Below the pieces are notes generated by a model. The model made no database searches. It was not told the DNA's origin and saw nothing but the letters and a program-made list of their open reading frames with translations. This document shows, in pieces, positions 10,831 to 21,896 of a DNA stretch of 35,541 nucleotides. This DNA is from Octopus bimaculoides. Taxonomy: Eukaryota. Each line of letters begins with the position of its first letter. Position 1 is the stretch's first letter. The stretch covers positions 19,140,885-19,176,425 of the forward strand of contig NC_069006.1 in assembly GCF_001194135.2 (NCBI RefSeq), in the 5' to 3' direction. A program made the position numbers and the translations under genes.

Positions 10831-11379
10831 TGGATATTACATCTCTTTAATCTAAGATTAGATTTCAATGTCACATGTTGACTAATCTGGACAGTTTGGA
10901 GTGGATTATCTGTTGTAATGATTTGTCATTTATTCAAAGTGATTCATTCATAAAACAACTTTACTGCTTTATACTTTGTGTAAAGTGTGTCAGTTTTGCT
11001 CCAATAATTTCTGTAAGAAAGGGGTAGGGTCTATAGCAATGGTTCTCAACAGTGATCAGTACTAAAGATAATGCATAATGTTTTCATCAGAATTTTGCAG
11101 ATTGAAATTTGTCATATCATTTCATGTTGGTGTAAAACCTTAAGTATCAATCTGAACTCTGGCTTGCCTTGTTACAAGTGTGTGTGTTTTTTGTAAGAAT
11201 CTGTTAGCGGAAACAGAAGTGATTGCTATAGAATAGCACAAGTGCTTTTTATGTGGAACCAGCACCTGAAAGAACAAGCCTGGATGTGTGGAAGACAGCT
11301 GTTTTACTTAGCTTGACACATCTTATCAATTACAGCAAAGTACTTAATACACAACATGTGTATTAAGTAAAATGCTTAT

Positions 11380-11380
<1 letters not shown>

Positions 11381-11414
<34 letters not shown>

Positions 11415-11560
11415 TTAATGTCTGCTTTCCATGCTAGCATGGGTTGGACTGTTTGACTGAAAACTGGTAAACAAGGAAGCTGCCCCAGGTTCTGATCTGA
11501 TTTGGCAAGGTTTCTACAGCTGGATGCCCTTCGTAATGCCAACCACTCCGAGAGTGGTTT
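11381..11560 (-). mobile_element. SINE-like family 'E', 3' portion
   Basis: (CAT)n TTTAATGTCTGCTTTCCATGCTAGCATGGGTTGGAC. Confidence 0.8.
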
Positions 11561-11699
11561 AAAGAAGTTGCTGAGATTTTTTTCTTAGTCCATTGGTTAC
11601 ATATGAGATTACATCACTAAGAATTAAAGCTTGTCATTTCAATAAAAACTGTCTTTGATTCCAGGAAAACAGATTTTCATTTACTCTGCCAAATTTAGA

Positions 11700-11803
11700 T
11701 TGGAGCCTGGTGTTGCCATCTGGTTTCACCAGTCCTCAGTCAAATCGTCCAACCCACGCTAGCATGGAAAGCAGACGTTAAACGATGATGATGATGATGA
11801 TGA
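11700..11803 (+). mobile_element. SINE-like family 'E', 3' portion, inverted relative to 11381
   Basis: Nearly identical to 20170-20272. Ends GTTAAAC(GAT)n. Confidence 0.8.
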
Positions 11804-12639
11804 TATAGAGACTACCAATGTTGTTGATTTCTGCAGAATCCTTGGTCACACTGAAGGGTTTGATGAGTTTGTTATCGATCCATAAATTATATTTCACAAC
11901 CATTTTTCAAGCGTGTATAATGTTTTCAATTTATTTCTCTGCGGTGTTGGCGATAGATATAACATAATTGCTTGTTAGTCAATATGGGTAGAGTGATTGA
12001 GGTGTATTCACAAATATTGAACTGGAAATATTTGCATCTATTTTTATCAGAGATTGCCTTCAGCCATTTAATCTCTTCCAAAGAGATAAAAGTGAAACCT
12101 TTTTTTATTTATTTTAGCAATTATTTTATCAAGGATATGCTTACTGACATGCCTTCCGTCAATCTTAGTAGAATTGCTCAATCAAAATTATTGGTTTAGG
12201 GCCAAAATCTGTCTTATGGTTCTTGCACACAGACAGGTTATTTAGGTAAAAGAGGTTCCAAACAGTCTTTGATATTTGGGTTGGAAATTATCTTTTTCCT
12301 CAGTTTCTAAATGTTATTAAGCAGGTTCTAATCAATTTTTCTGTAGTTATTGTGAATTGAACTGCAGATAAATTTGACATGTAACTTGTAATCTGTTTAA
12401 TATAGATTTGATGATTTTTACTTTTTAGAATCCAATGTGGAATTTCTTAAATTAAATTTTTAATTAGTGTGTAACTGTCCTCTTCAGAAGAGATTAGTGA
12501 TATTTATCAATAGGTAGACTCATTATCCCGTTATTTTTGGAGAGCAGAGATATAAAAGTTAAGAAGGTTGGATCCTTCTATGATCTGTCCACCTTATTTA
12601 ATCCTTTAGTATTCAGATTTTATGCTGACAGCAACCCAT

Positions 12640-12810
12640 GCACTAGAGAATCGAGCTCAGTGCACCAAAGAAGACATGGGTGAGACAAATTGAAGAAGAC
12701 CTGAAGGTGCAGCATCTCAACCTCAAGCATGCTAAGGTCAGTGCCATGGATCAGAAAGCATGGAATAGCATCATCACCAGAGTCCATCGTCCAGTGGCAC
12801 CCACAACAAC
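12640..12810 (+). mobile_element. RTE-like LINE 3' remnant
   Basis: Translates as PKKTWVRQIEEDLK..SAMDQKAWNSII, matching the RTE ORF C-terminal pattern (RPxxxW..D..AxDRxxW). Confidence 0.65.
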
Positions 12811-12961
12811 GTTTTTATCTCTGTGTGTGCGTGCATGTGTATGTGTTTGCTCATGTGTGTGTTTGTGTGTATGTGTGCTTGAAGCAATATTCCCCTTCCA
12901 TACACCTTGTTAGCCAGTATTTGCATGAGTGCTGACTCTCTCAAAATCTATGCAATTCTTC

Positions 12962-13000
<39 letters not shown>

Positions 13001-13037
13001 TTTTTCCTTCTTTCTTTCCAGGGAAGCAATTACTTAA

Positions 13038-13245
13038 CACTTTAGCATTTAAACTGGCCATATCTGGCCCAAGTATTCTATCCATTTTAAGTTCAAACCA
13101 GCCAGATCTGGTTTCTCACTCTACCATGTCAGTCTAAAAATAATCAATCATTGAAATCTCAAACCTATGAGATATTGCTTGATTAATTCAAAACAATGTG
13201 AATAAATAATCATTACATTTGATAGGGTAATCTAAATGTTAAGGG
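13038..13245 (+). mobile_element. piggyBac-like MITE, copy 4
   Basis: TTAA|CACTTTAGCATT ... AATGTTAAGGG|TTAA. Confidence 0.8.
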
Positions 13246-13279
13246 TTAAAAATACTGCTTAAGCATGATTGTTTCTAAT

Positions 13280-13490
13280 ATAAACATAAGGTCAGCACTT
13301 TTTGAGGTAGGAGAGGTTAGTCTATACCTTCAACCTTAGAACTTGACTGGTGTCTTATTGTATCAACCTTGGAAAGCTGAAAGACAAAGTTGACCTCTGT
13401 GAGATTTGAACTTAGAGTGTGAAGTACAGGAACAAATACTACAAGGCATTTTTCAAACATTCCAGTGGTTCTGCCAATCCACTGCCCTTC
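13280..13490 (-). mobile_element. SINE family 'D' copy, old
   Basis: Reverse complement of 1811-1978 (GGCAAAG-like, ATTTGAACT, TTCTGCCA). Confidence 0.7.
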
Positions 13491-13634
13491 ACTACTTAAA
13501 TATATTATAATTATTTGACTCTTTGACTCATTATCTGTTGTTCTATTACTTTATTATGTTGATGTTAGATAAGACATAGACAGGATTTATCTATAGGGAT
13601 AGCACAAATATAAAGTATTAAATTTATATATGCG

Positions 13635-14027
13635 CAGGAGTGGCTGTGTGGTAAGTAGCTTGCTTACCAACCAAATGGTTCTGGGTTCAGTTCCACTGCG
13701 TGGCACCTTGGGCAAGTGTCTTCTACTATAGCCTCGGGCCGACCAAAGCCTTGTGAGTGGATTTGGTAGACGGAAACTGAAAGAAGCCCGTCGTATATAT
13801 GTACATATATACATATATATATATATATGTATGTGTGTTTGTTCCCCCACCATCGCTTGACAACCGATGCGGGTGTGTTTACGTCCCCGTAACTTAGCGG
13901 TTCAGCAAAAAGAGACCGATAGAATAAGTACTAAGCTTACAAAGAATAAGTCCTGGGGTCAATTTGTTCAACTAAAGGTGGTGCTCCAGCATGGCCACAG
14001 TCAAATGACTGAAACAAGTAAAAGAGT
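13635..14027 (+). mobile_element. Full-length bipartite SINE family 'A' (head, internal TA/TG microsatellite, tail)
   Basis: tRNA-like head, CORE-like GCACCTTGGGCAAGTG, tail ending CAGCATGGCC..CAAATGACTGAAACAAGTAAAAGA. An inverted near-copy lies at 25942-26325. Confidence 0.9.
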
Positions 14028-14635
14028 AATGTTTTGAGTCATTTATTGATAACAGTAGTTTGAAAAAAAGAAAGAGAACAAAAACTTATTTTGATATGTT
14101 TTACTCCTTTAATATGAAGCTCAAACTTTATTCCCTCCAATGCTGCTGTGAGAGCTATATCATTCATATTATGTGGGAAATATTCCTACAGCATTGCTCA
14201 AATGATGTTAGTATCAACTTTGAAATTCCCCTGTGCTATCTGTCCTCTACAAAAACCATGCTTGCCACACATCACAACATTAAGCCAGATCTATTTCACC
14301 TCAACTGGCCCTGCTCTCTTTAACATGCCAAGACATAAGACAAGAAAAAGATCTCATAACATTCAAATGGTTCCTGGATGTATATCTCCAATAAATTTCA
14401 GATAAACCACCTCTATATAGATACATCTCTACAAACAATAACACTTTACTTGAATGGGCTATGGTGTCCAAAGAACGTAATATGAAACATCATAAAGTGT
14501 CTTTTTTAAGTGGTGATACTAAATTAGTCGTGGCCTTTGGCCAAAACACACACACACGCACGCACACACACATACACACACACACACACACACACATATC
14601 ATCATCATTGTCATTTAACATCCGCTTTCCATATT

Positions 14636-14685
<50 letters not shown>

Positions 14686-15734
14686 ATGAGAAAAAGAAGA
14701 AAATGGAGAAATTGATGTGCAGATATCAGTCTATTCGAAGATACTGAAATCCATATAATTTCATTTTCTTCCTTTTCTCATTCATAAATATTTGAAATAC
14801 CTATGTATATCAATGCAAAGCTAATATATTGAGTTTTCACTGAACACTGGTATAAACCAGAGAACTAGGATGCTAGCATCCCTCAAAGGATCATAGGTCC
14901 TTGACATAATTATATATACACATACATACATATATACAAGACAATTACAATGAATATGGCAATTAGTACATCTGCATATTTTCACAGCATATTTGGTTTA
15001 AGTTTGTCCAGTGTACATATCTAGGATTAATTCATTTGACTAAAAATTCTTCAGGGTGGTGCCCCAGCATGGCCTCATAACTAAAACAAGTAAATGATAA
15101 AAGGGGTGTATGTGAGTATATACATGTATGCAATGTGTGTATATATTTACATGCATACGTTTATATACATACACACACACACACATATATGCATATATTC
15201 GACCATATGTCTGCTGGGCTATGGCTAAACAATGGCAGAAGAGTTTTGTTTCAGATATGAATAAAACTAAAAGTAATGTTTACATACATAATTAAAATAG
15301 TTGATTCGAGTTGCAACCATTTACCAACCTTTGAACACGTCTTGTAAATTAGAACAAAATATTGTATGAATGCAATGAAATATGACTTTGCTAATAAACA
15401 ATTATCGTTATAGATCAGTCTGAACTTTCGAAATGTCTCTGACCTTAATGAATTCGTTTTCAAATATTTTCTAGTTTATGAACCACTTTTTTTTAATTAT
15501 CTTCACTCAAACACTGTCAAATGGATGTGTCTGTACAAAGTTCTCTCTGTCTATGTATGTTTGCTTATAATATATTAATGTGTTTTCAGCTCCAATCAGT
15601 GTGTGTGTTTGTGTATGTGGTAATGTGTCTGTGTGTGAGCGGTTGTATTTCACTCACAGCTGTGCTTCTACTTTCTATAGACGAAGTATTACAATTCACT
15701 AGTTTTTGCCTGAAAAGATTTCTTTACAAAATGG

Positions 15735-16200
15735 AAATTGAAAGAGCAAGCAACCAGCAGCAGGTTTGGAGGCAAATTAATTCGACACATCTAATAAGGT
15801 CGAGGGAGAGATAGAAAATAATGTCGAGGACAACTGGGAGTTTCTTTGGAATAACCTACTGACGATGATAGGTCAAAATTGTGGTTTGGACAAGGTGCCG
15901 GCTAAAAAGAAGGTGACATTGTGGAGGAATAGTGCTGTAGATTGTCCTAAAGGCTGAAAGGGACAGCAAAGAGCAATATCAAGATGCAAGAAGAGAAGTT
16001 GGATGTCAGGTGTATTTACTGAGGATGATGGCTTGAAATTGTGGTTTGGACAAGGTACTAGTGAAAAAGAGGATGACATGGTGGTGGAATTGTTCTGTAG
16101 ATAGTTATAAAAGTTAAGAGACAAGGCTGGAGAGACTAGTGAAGAGTAGTAGCAAGTTGCAAGGAGAGAATTTAGATGTCAGGTATATCTAGCAAGAGAG
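15735..16200 (+). mobile_element. LINE relic (linker region upstream of RT), internally duplicated
   Basis: KVEGEIENNVEDNWEFLWNNLL..NCGLDKVPAKKKVTLWRNSAVD..YQDARREVGCQVYL, then again NCGLDKV..MTWWWN..ARRE..CQVYLARE. Confidence 0.7.
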
Positions 16201-16214
16201 TGGAAAGCTTGGAT

Positions 16215-16870
16215 TGATGATTAACTGCCAGAAAACCTTCTCAATGGTCTGTACCAAGAGAGCACAGGTACCCGCATGTTGCTTGATGGTGAATGGAACT
16301 GGGATAGAGCAGAAGGACAGTTTCATATATCTGGGAAGTTGGATGACATCACATGGAAGGTCGGATAAAGAAGACTTTTATGGATATGAGGAGCATTTTT
16401 TTGTGCCAAGAGAATTGGAATGGAAGTCAAGAAAAGACTATTGAAGTGCTACATCTGGTCAGTGCTAACATATGGATGTGGGTCTTGGACGATAAGGAAA
16501 GTCATGGAGAAGAGACTCAAAGCTGCAGAAATGTGGTTTTATAGAAAAATGCTTAGAATCTTGTAGGTACAGAGGGTGACGAATGTGGAAGTGTTGAAGA
16601 GGATGATGAAAATGAAGAGACAGTTGATGGATGCTAGCAGAGAGAGAGAGACAGTGGAGATTTGTTGGTCATTTTCTCAGAGAGGATGACGGAATGGAGC
16701 GTTACATGGTGGAGACTAAGCTGGTGGGAGGGAGAGCGAGAGGAAGGCAGAGAATGAAGATGTTCGACTGGATGAAGAAGAGAATGAACGTGCAGAGCGA
16801 GAAAGACCTGGGTGATGTTGCTAGAGACAGAAATAAATGGAGGAGGAACAAGCCATGATTCGTCAACAGC
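16215..16870 (+). mobile_element. RTE-clade LINE 3' fragment (RT C-terminal region), degraded
   Basis: IEQKDSFIYLGS, KRLLKCYIWSVLTYGCGSWTI, RLKAAEMWFYRKMLRI, QWRFVGH, GGRARGRQR, ARDRNKWR. Confidence 0.9.
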
Positions 16871-17286
16871 CATAGAAAATCTGCCTCAGCAAATTTCACC
16901 TGACTTAGGCAAACTTGGAAAATAGGACATGAAATAATGATATCTCTCTCTCTCTCACACACACACAGAAAGACAGAAGAAAAGAAATAAAGAAATGCTG
17001 TAACAACGATGCGCTACATTCTTTTTGGAGTCAGTTAATTTATGTTATGCTTATTTCTTATTTAAGTTATGCTTATTCATATTTAAGTTACGCTTATATC
17101 AATGCCCAATCAAATGTACTGACAACTGGGTAATAGTAAGTCATATGTAGGGCACTGTTTTCACCTACTTTGTCTCGCATATAACCTCCACCTTGCACTA
17201 AGAAATATATCACACCTCAACCTACCTGAGTATTATTTCTGTTTTACATAGAAGTAATTCACTGGTAAGAATTTCAGTTTAAAGTC

Positions 17287-17460
17287 ATGTATCGCAGAAA
17301 ACTGACTACATTGGCAGAACAAACACAAGAAATTGAAAATGCACATGCAGCAATCCCACTGGATACTTTGGTTATTGTTGCCCAAGCAGTAGTTCACTGT
17401 ACACAGAAATGTCTGGAAGCTAATAGCCACCACTTTGAACACCTCTTGCAAATGTTGAGT
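17287..17460 (+). pseudogene. Tc1/mariner transposase C-terminal remnant
   Basis: YRRKLTTLAE..QEIENA..AIPLDTL..QKCLEANSHHFEHLL matches the typical C..G.HFEHLL* end. The stop codon has been lost. Confidence 0.8.
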
Positions 17461-17534
17461 TCAAAGGCGACTTGTAATTAATCTTGAGATGTTGGAATAA
17501 GTTTAGTATTTATACAAACTTTTCCTTTCCTGAA

Positions 17535-17590
<56 letters not shown>

Positions 17591-17761
17591 GTGTTAAAAG
17601 GTTGGACAATGGCAGTTCAGTTCATGCAACACATGTTTCAATAGCAAGGCATTTTTATCGATTACACATGTATTATATCATATGTACTCTAATTTTTAAC
17701 AAATGATTGAAAACACAGCATTTTCTACTCTATGCTTCTTTTATTGTGTATTTCATTCTAG

Positions 17762-17894
17762 AAAAAAAGTCGAGAGGAAAGCTATGGTGCAGGAAGTGGT
17801 GTCGAGATCTTGGTGAATGAGCCATACCAAAATGGTCCTGGAGGCTCAGGCCAGTATACTTATAAGATCTACCATATCGGAAGTCATCTACCAG
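17762..17894 (+). CDS. PITPNM: PITPNM-like coding exon 2: [44 protein letters not shown](G)
   Basis: Acceptor TTTCATTCTAG, donor CAG|GTAATG, 133 nt, phase 0 to 1. Contains the PITP QYTxKxY motif. Confidence 0.97.
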
Positions 17895-17924
17895 GTAATG
17901 TGTTTCATTCCTGCTATCATTTTG

Positions 17925-18135
17925 TCTTTTGTCTTTTCTCTTCCCTTTTACTTATGTCATTGGACTACAGCCATGCTGGGGTATGCCTTGAAGGGTTTTA
18001 GTTGAAGGAATCGACCCCAATGTTTTTTTCTTTTTTAAATTTTTTGTAAGCCTGGCACTAATTCTATTGGTCTCTTATGTCGAACTGTTAATACAGGGGC
18101 ATAAACAAACCAACACTGGCTGTCATCCAATGGTG
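17925..18135 (-). mobile_element. SINE family 'A', tail module
   Basis: TCATTGGACTACAGCCATGCTGGG..ATCGACCCCA..AAACCAACACTGG. Similar pieces at 15030-15105 (+), 19855-19920 (+) and 22000-22180 (-). Confidence 0.75.
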
Positions 18136-18164
18136 TGGAACAAACACAAAGACTCATGCACACA

Positions 18165-18203
<39 letters not shown>

Positions 18204-19053
18204 ACATGGTTTAAATGTACAAAAAACAAAAGACAGAGACAGGTGAGGGAACAACAAACAGGTGTGTTAGTTTTACACTCGGGTAAAATGGAAAAGTCTT
18301 TCACATTTGGAGCCTATGCTCTTTGACAGAAAACGATGAGAGGGAAAAAAATGGAGAGAGTAAACTAATGTGTCAGGAGGAATGGTTCTGCCTGTTGAAA
18401 TGTGTGTGTGAGTGTGTATGTCTGTATAGATAGATAAACAGATAGATAAATAGAGAGATAGATAGATAGAGATAGATAGATAGATAGAGAGATAGATAGA
18501 TAGATAGTTAGATAGATAGACAGACAGACAGACGGCCAGACGGATGGATAGATAGATAGGTATGTGTGTGTGTATGTGTGTACAAATACTGTACAACATA
18601 AATTCTTGAATTATTAAAATCCTCTTATTTGTCAAATGTCAGTTAAGACTAGCTCTACTTGTCTCTAATGCCTTAATGTATCCTACTCCATTTTTTATAA
18701 GTCTACATCCCTAGGCTACTTGCAATAAGGTCAAACACTTGTCGTGCAGATGATAGCTTTTGTACTAGGAACACGTGTCCACCACTATCCTCCTGTCTCC
18801 AGACAATAAACCTATCCTTTTCTTAATGGCATGTCAGTGTTGGAGAAATCTTTGGTTCTCAAGGTTATTTCCTTTACACAAGTGGCACAGATGTTAAGTG
18901 CCATTTGGAAATTAATACACATCCTCTGGAGGCAGAGATAATGTTAATAAATCGAGAATTTATGTTTTGAGGTATTTGTCTATAGCGTTCTGATACATGC
19001 TATTAGCCATTCTATGTCATTTCTCTTAGCTCACTTTTCTGAGTGTATAATTG

Positions 19054-19458
19054 TGTGTGGAGGCGCAATGGTCCAGTGGTTAGGGCAGCGGACTCGCGGT
19101 CATAGGATCACAGTTTCAATTCCCAGACCGGCTGTTGTGAGTGTTTATTGAGGCGAAAACACCTAAAGCTCCACAAGGCTCCGGCAGGGGATGGTGGCGA
19201 ACCCTGCTGTACTCTTTCACCACAACTTTCTCTCACTCTTCCTGTTTCTGTTGTACCTGTATTTCAAAGGGCCAGCCTTGTCACACTCTGTGTCACGCTG
19301 TATATTCCCGAGAACTACGTTAAGGGTACACGTGTCTGTGGAGTGCTCAGCCACTTGCACGCTAATTTCACGAGCAGGCTGTTCCGTTGATCGGATCAAC
19401 TGGAACCCTCGACGTCGTAAGCGACGGAGTGCTAACAACAACAACAACAGCAATCGTT
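19054..19458 (+). mobile_element. tRNA-derived SINE family 'B', full length, 10-bp TSD
   Basis: A-box-like GGCGCAATGGTCCAGTGG, B-box-like GTTTCAATTCC, (AAC)n tail, TGTATAATTG at 19044-19053 and 19459-19468. Confidence 0.92.
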
Positions 19459-19468
19459 TGTATAATTG

Positions 19469-19850
19469 AGAAGAACAACATCTGGTTACAATACAGACAG
19501 CCATGGAAAGGTTGACGTTAGGAAACTTGCTAAGGGATCACATCCAGAACAAGAAAGAAGATCAGGGATAGAACTGGAGTGAAGGACATTGTCACAGAAT
19601 TCTACTATGCAAAGCTACAATGGGCCAGTCATGTCGCAAGGTTCACAGACAATCGGTGCAATTGTTGAGTGATACTCGCGTGAATGGAAGGGACCACTCA
19701 GAAGACCTCCAATCAGGTGGGAAGATGATTTAAGAAAGGTATTTGAAACAGCATGGAAGAGAATGGCGAGAGCACAAGGAGAATGGAGCAAATGCTGTAG
19801 CCAGCAGAGCCAATTCGGCACTGGACAGCCTGGCTGATCCAGGTGATAGT
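19469..19850 (+). mobile_element. RTE-clade LINE 3' fragment
   Basis: AMER..LRDHI, IRDRTGVKDIV..KLQWASHVARFTDNR, RRPPIRWEDDLRK..WKRMAR..W. Confidence 0.85.
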
Positions 19851-19927
19851 CATGTGTGTGCCCCAGCATGGCCACAATCTAATGACTGAAACAACTAAAA
19901 GAATGATAGAATAAAAAGAAGGCATAT

Positions 19928-20272
19928 AGATCGTTGCCAGTGCCCCTGGACTGGCTCCTGTGCGGGTGGCACATAAAATACACCATTTTGAGCGTGGCCG
20001 TTGCCAGTACCGCTTGACTGGCCTTCGTGCGGGTGACACATAAAAGCACCCACTAGACTCTCTGAGTGGCCTTCGTGCGGGTGACACATAAAAGCACCCA
20101 CTACACTCTCTGAGTGGTTGGCGTTAGGAAGGGCATCCAGCTGTAGAAACTCTGCCAAATCATATTAGAGGCTGGTGTTGCCATCTGGTTTCACCAGTCC
20201 TCAGTCAAATCATCCAACCCATGCTAGCATGGAAAGCGGACGTTAAACGATGATGATGATGATGATGATGAT
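19928..20272 (+). mobile_element. SINE-like family 'E' with internal 48-nt duplication
   Basis: Family core plus (GAT)n tail running into the gap. Confidence 0.8.
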
Positions 20273-21150
20273 NNNNNNNNNNNNNNNNNNNNNNNNNNNN
20301 NNNNNNNNNNNNNNNNNNNNNNNNNNNNNNNNNNNNNNNNNNNNNNNNNNNNNNNNNNNNNNNNNNNNNNNNNNNNNNNNNNNNNNNNNNNNNNNNNNNN
20401 NNNNNNNNNNNNNNNNNNNNNNNNNNNNNNNNNNNNNNNNNNNNNNNNNNNNNNNNNNNNNNNNNNNNNNNNNNNNNNNNNNNNNNNNNNNNNNNNNNNN
20501 NNNNNNNNNNNNNNNNNNNNNNNNNNNNNNNNNNNNNNNNNNNNNNNNNNNNNNNNNNNNNNNNNNNNNNNNNNNNNNNNNNNNNNNNNNNNNNNNNNNN
20601 NNNNNNNNNNNNNNNNNNNNNNNNNNNNNNNNNNNNNNNNNNNNNNNNNNNNNNNNNNNNNNNNNNNNNNNNNNNNNNNNNNNNNNNNNNNNNNNNNNNN
20701 NNNNNNNNNNNNNNNNNNNNNNNNNNNNNNNNNNNNNNNNNNNNNNNNNNNNNNNNNNNNNNNNNNNNNNNNNNNNNNNNNNNNNNNNNNNNNNNNNNNN
20801 NNNNNNNNNNNNNNNNNNNNNNNNNNNNNNNNNNNNNNNNNNNNNNNNNNNNNNNNNNNNNNNNNNNNNNNNNNNNNNNNNNNNNNNNNNNNNNNNNNNN
20901 NNNNNNNNNNNNNNNNNNNNNNNNNNNNNNNNNNNNNNNNNNNNNNNNNNNNNNNNNNNNNNNNNNNNNNNNNATATAGATTCAGGTGAATATGGTGCTT
21001 AAGTTTAGGCACCAGAATTTAGTATGGTATTATCCATACAGTTTCAAAATAAGGTGATTAAAATCAAAATAAGCAACAAGGATATCCAAAAGTAATTCAG
21101 TACGATCGTTTCATGCGACTCCATTTAATTGAGCAATGTAAGCATTAGAA

Positions 21151-21341
21151 ATTTAATGAAATTACATTTAAACAGAAGGACATATTTTTATAATTAAATC
21201 TAAACTCTCCAAGTAGAAAGGAGGAATACAAAAAAACATTTTGATTTAGCCAGACCATAATTTTTTGTATTCCTCTTTCTACTTGGAGAGTTTAGAGTTA
21301 ATTATAAAAATATGTCCTGTTTAAATGTAATTTCATTAAAT
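21151..21341. repeat. Near-perfect long inverted repeat (arms about 81-85 nt, loop about 25 nt)
   Basis: 21151-21235 is the reverse complement of 21261-21341 apart from a 3-nt indel, a 1-nt indel and one substitution. Confidence 0.95.
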
Positions 21342-21553
21342 CACCATCTTTTTATTCTGTGACTATATTTTACAACGGAAATGAGAAGTTTCACTGAAGA
21401 GGTCACAGATGTGTGACGAAAGATTTCTGGACAAAGGACAAGCATTGAAATAATAAAATAACAATATTAAATGTGTGAAGAAAAAATAAAAATAAATAAA
21501 TAAATAAAAAGAGTGCATGTGTTTATTTGACAAAAAAATAATAAATACAACAA

Positions 21554-21675
21554 TATATTTTATGACCATCCTTTTATTCTATGACTATATTTTATGACCA
21601 TCCTTTTATTCTATGACTATATTTTATGACCATCCTTTTATTCAATGACTGTATTATATGACTGTCCTTTTATTG
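21554..21675 (+). repeat. 32-nt tandem repeat, three full copies plus a degenerate fourth
   Basis: Unit TATATTTTATGACCATCCTTTTATTCTATGAC at 21554, 21586 and 21618. Confidence 0.95.
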
Positions 21676-21692
21676 TGGTCTCTTAATTCCAG

Positions 21693-21896
21693 GGTGGTTT
21701 CGCTCGATTCTACCCAAATCTGCTCTACGAGTAGAAGAGGAAGCATGGAATGCATACCCTTACACAAAGACGCGCTACAAGTGTCCATTTGTGGAGAAAT
21801 TCTCGTTAGAAATTGAGACGAGATACCAAAATGATGGCGGGGAACAGGAGAACATTTTTGGTCTAGAAGAATCTGATAAACGTGACAGAACAATTG
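21693..21896 (+). CDS. PITPNM: PITPNM-like coding exon 3: (G)WFRSILPKSALRVEEEAWNAYPYTKTRYKCPFVEKFSLEIETRYQNDGGEQENIFGLEESDKRDRTI(D)
   Basis: Acceptor TTAATTCCAG, donor TG|GTAAGT, 204 nt, phase 1 to 1. Contains the EEAWNAYPY motif. Confidence 0.97.

Noticed and set aside
11034-11060. CAATGGTTCTCAAC resembling a hAT TIR
   Set aside because: No matching right end or TSD was found.
19054-19130. tRNA-Arg-like sequence (also 32464 and 25731)
   Set aside because: These are SINE heads with TSDs and tails and no complete cloverleaf, so they are not tRNA genes.
21554-21675. Regularly spaced repeats resembling a CRISPR array
   Set aside because: The units are contiguous with no unique spacers, and the context is a eukaryotic intron.
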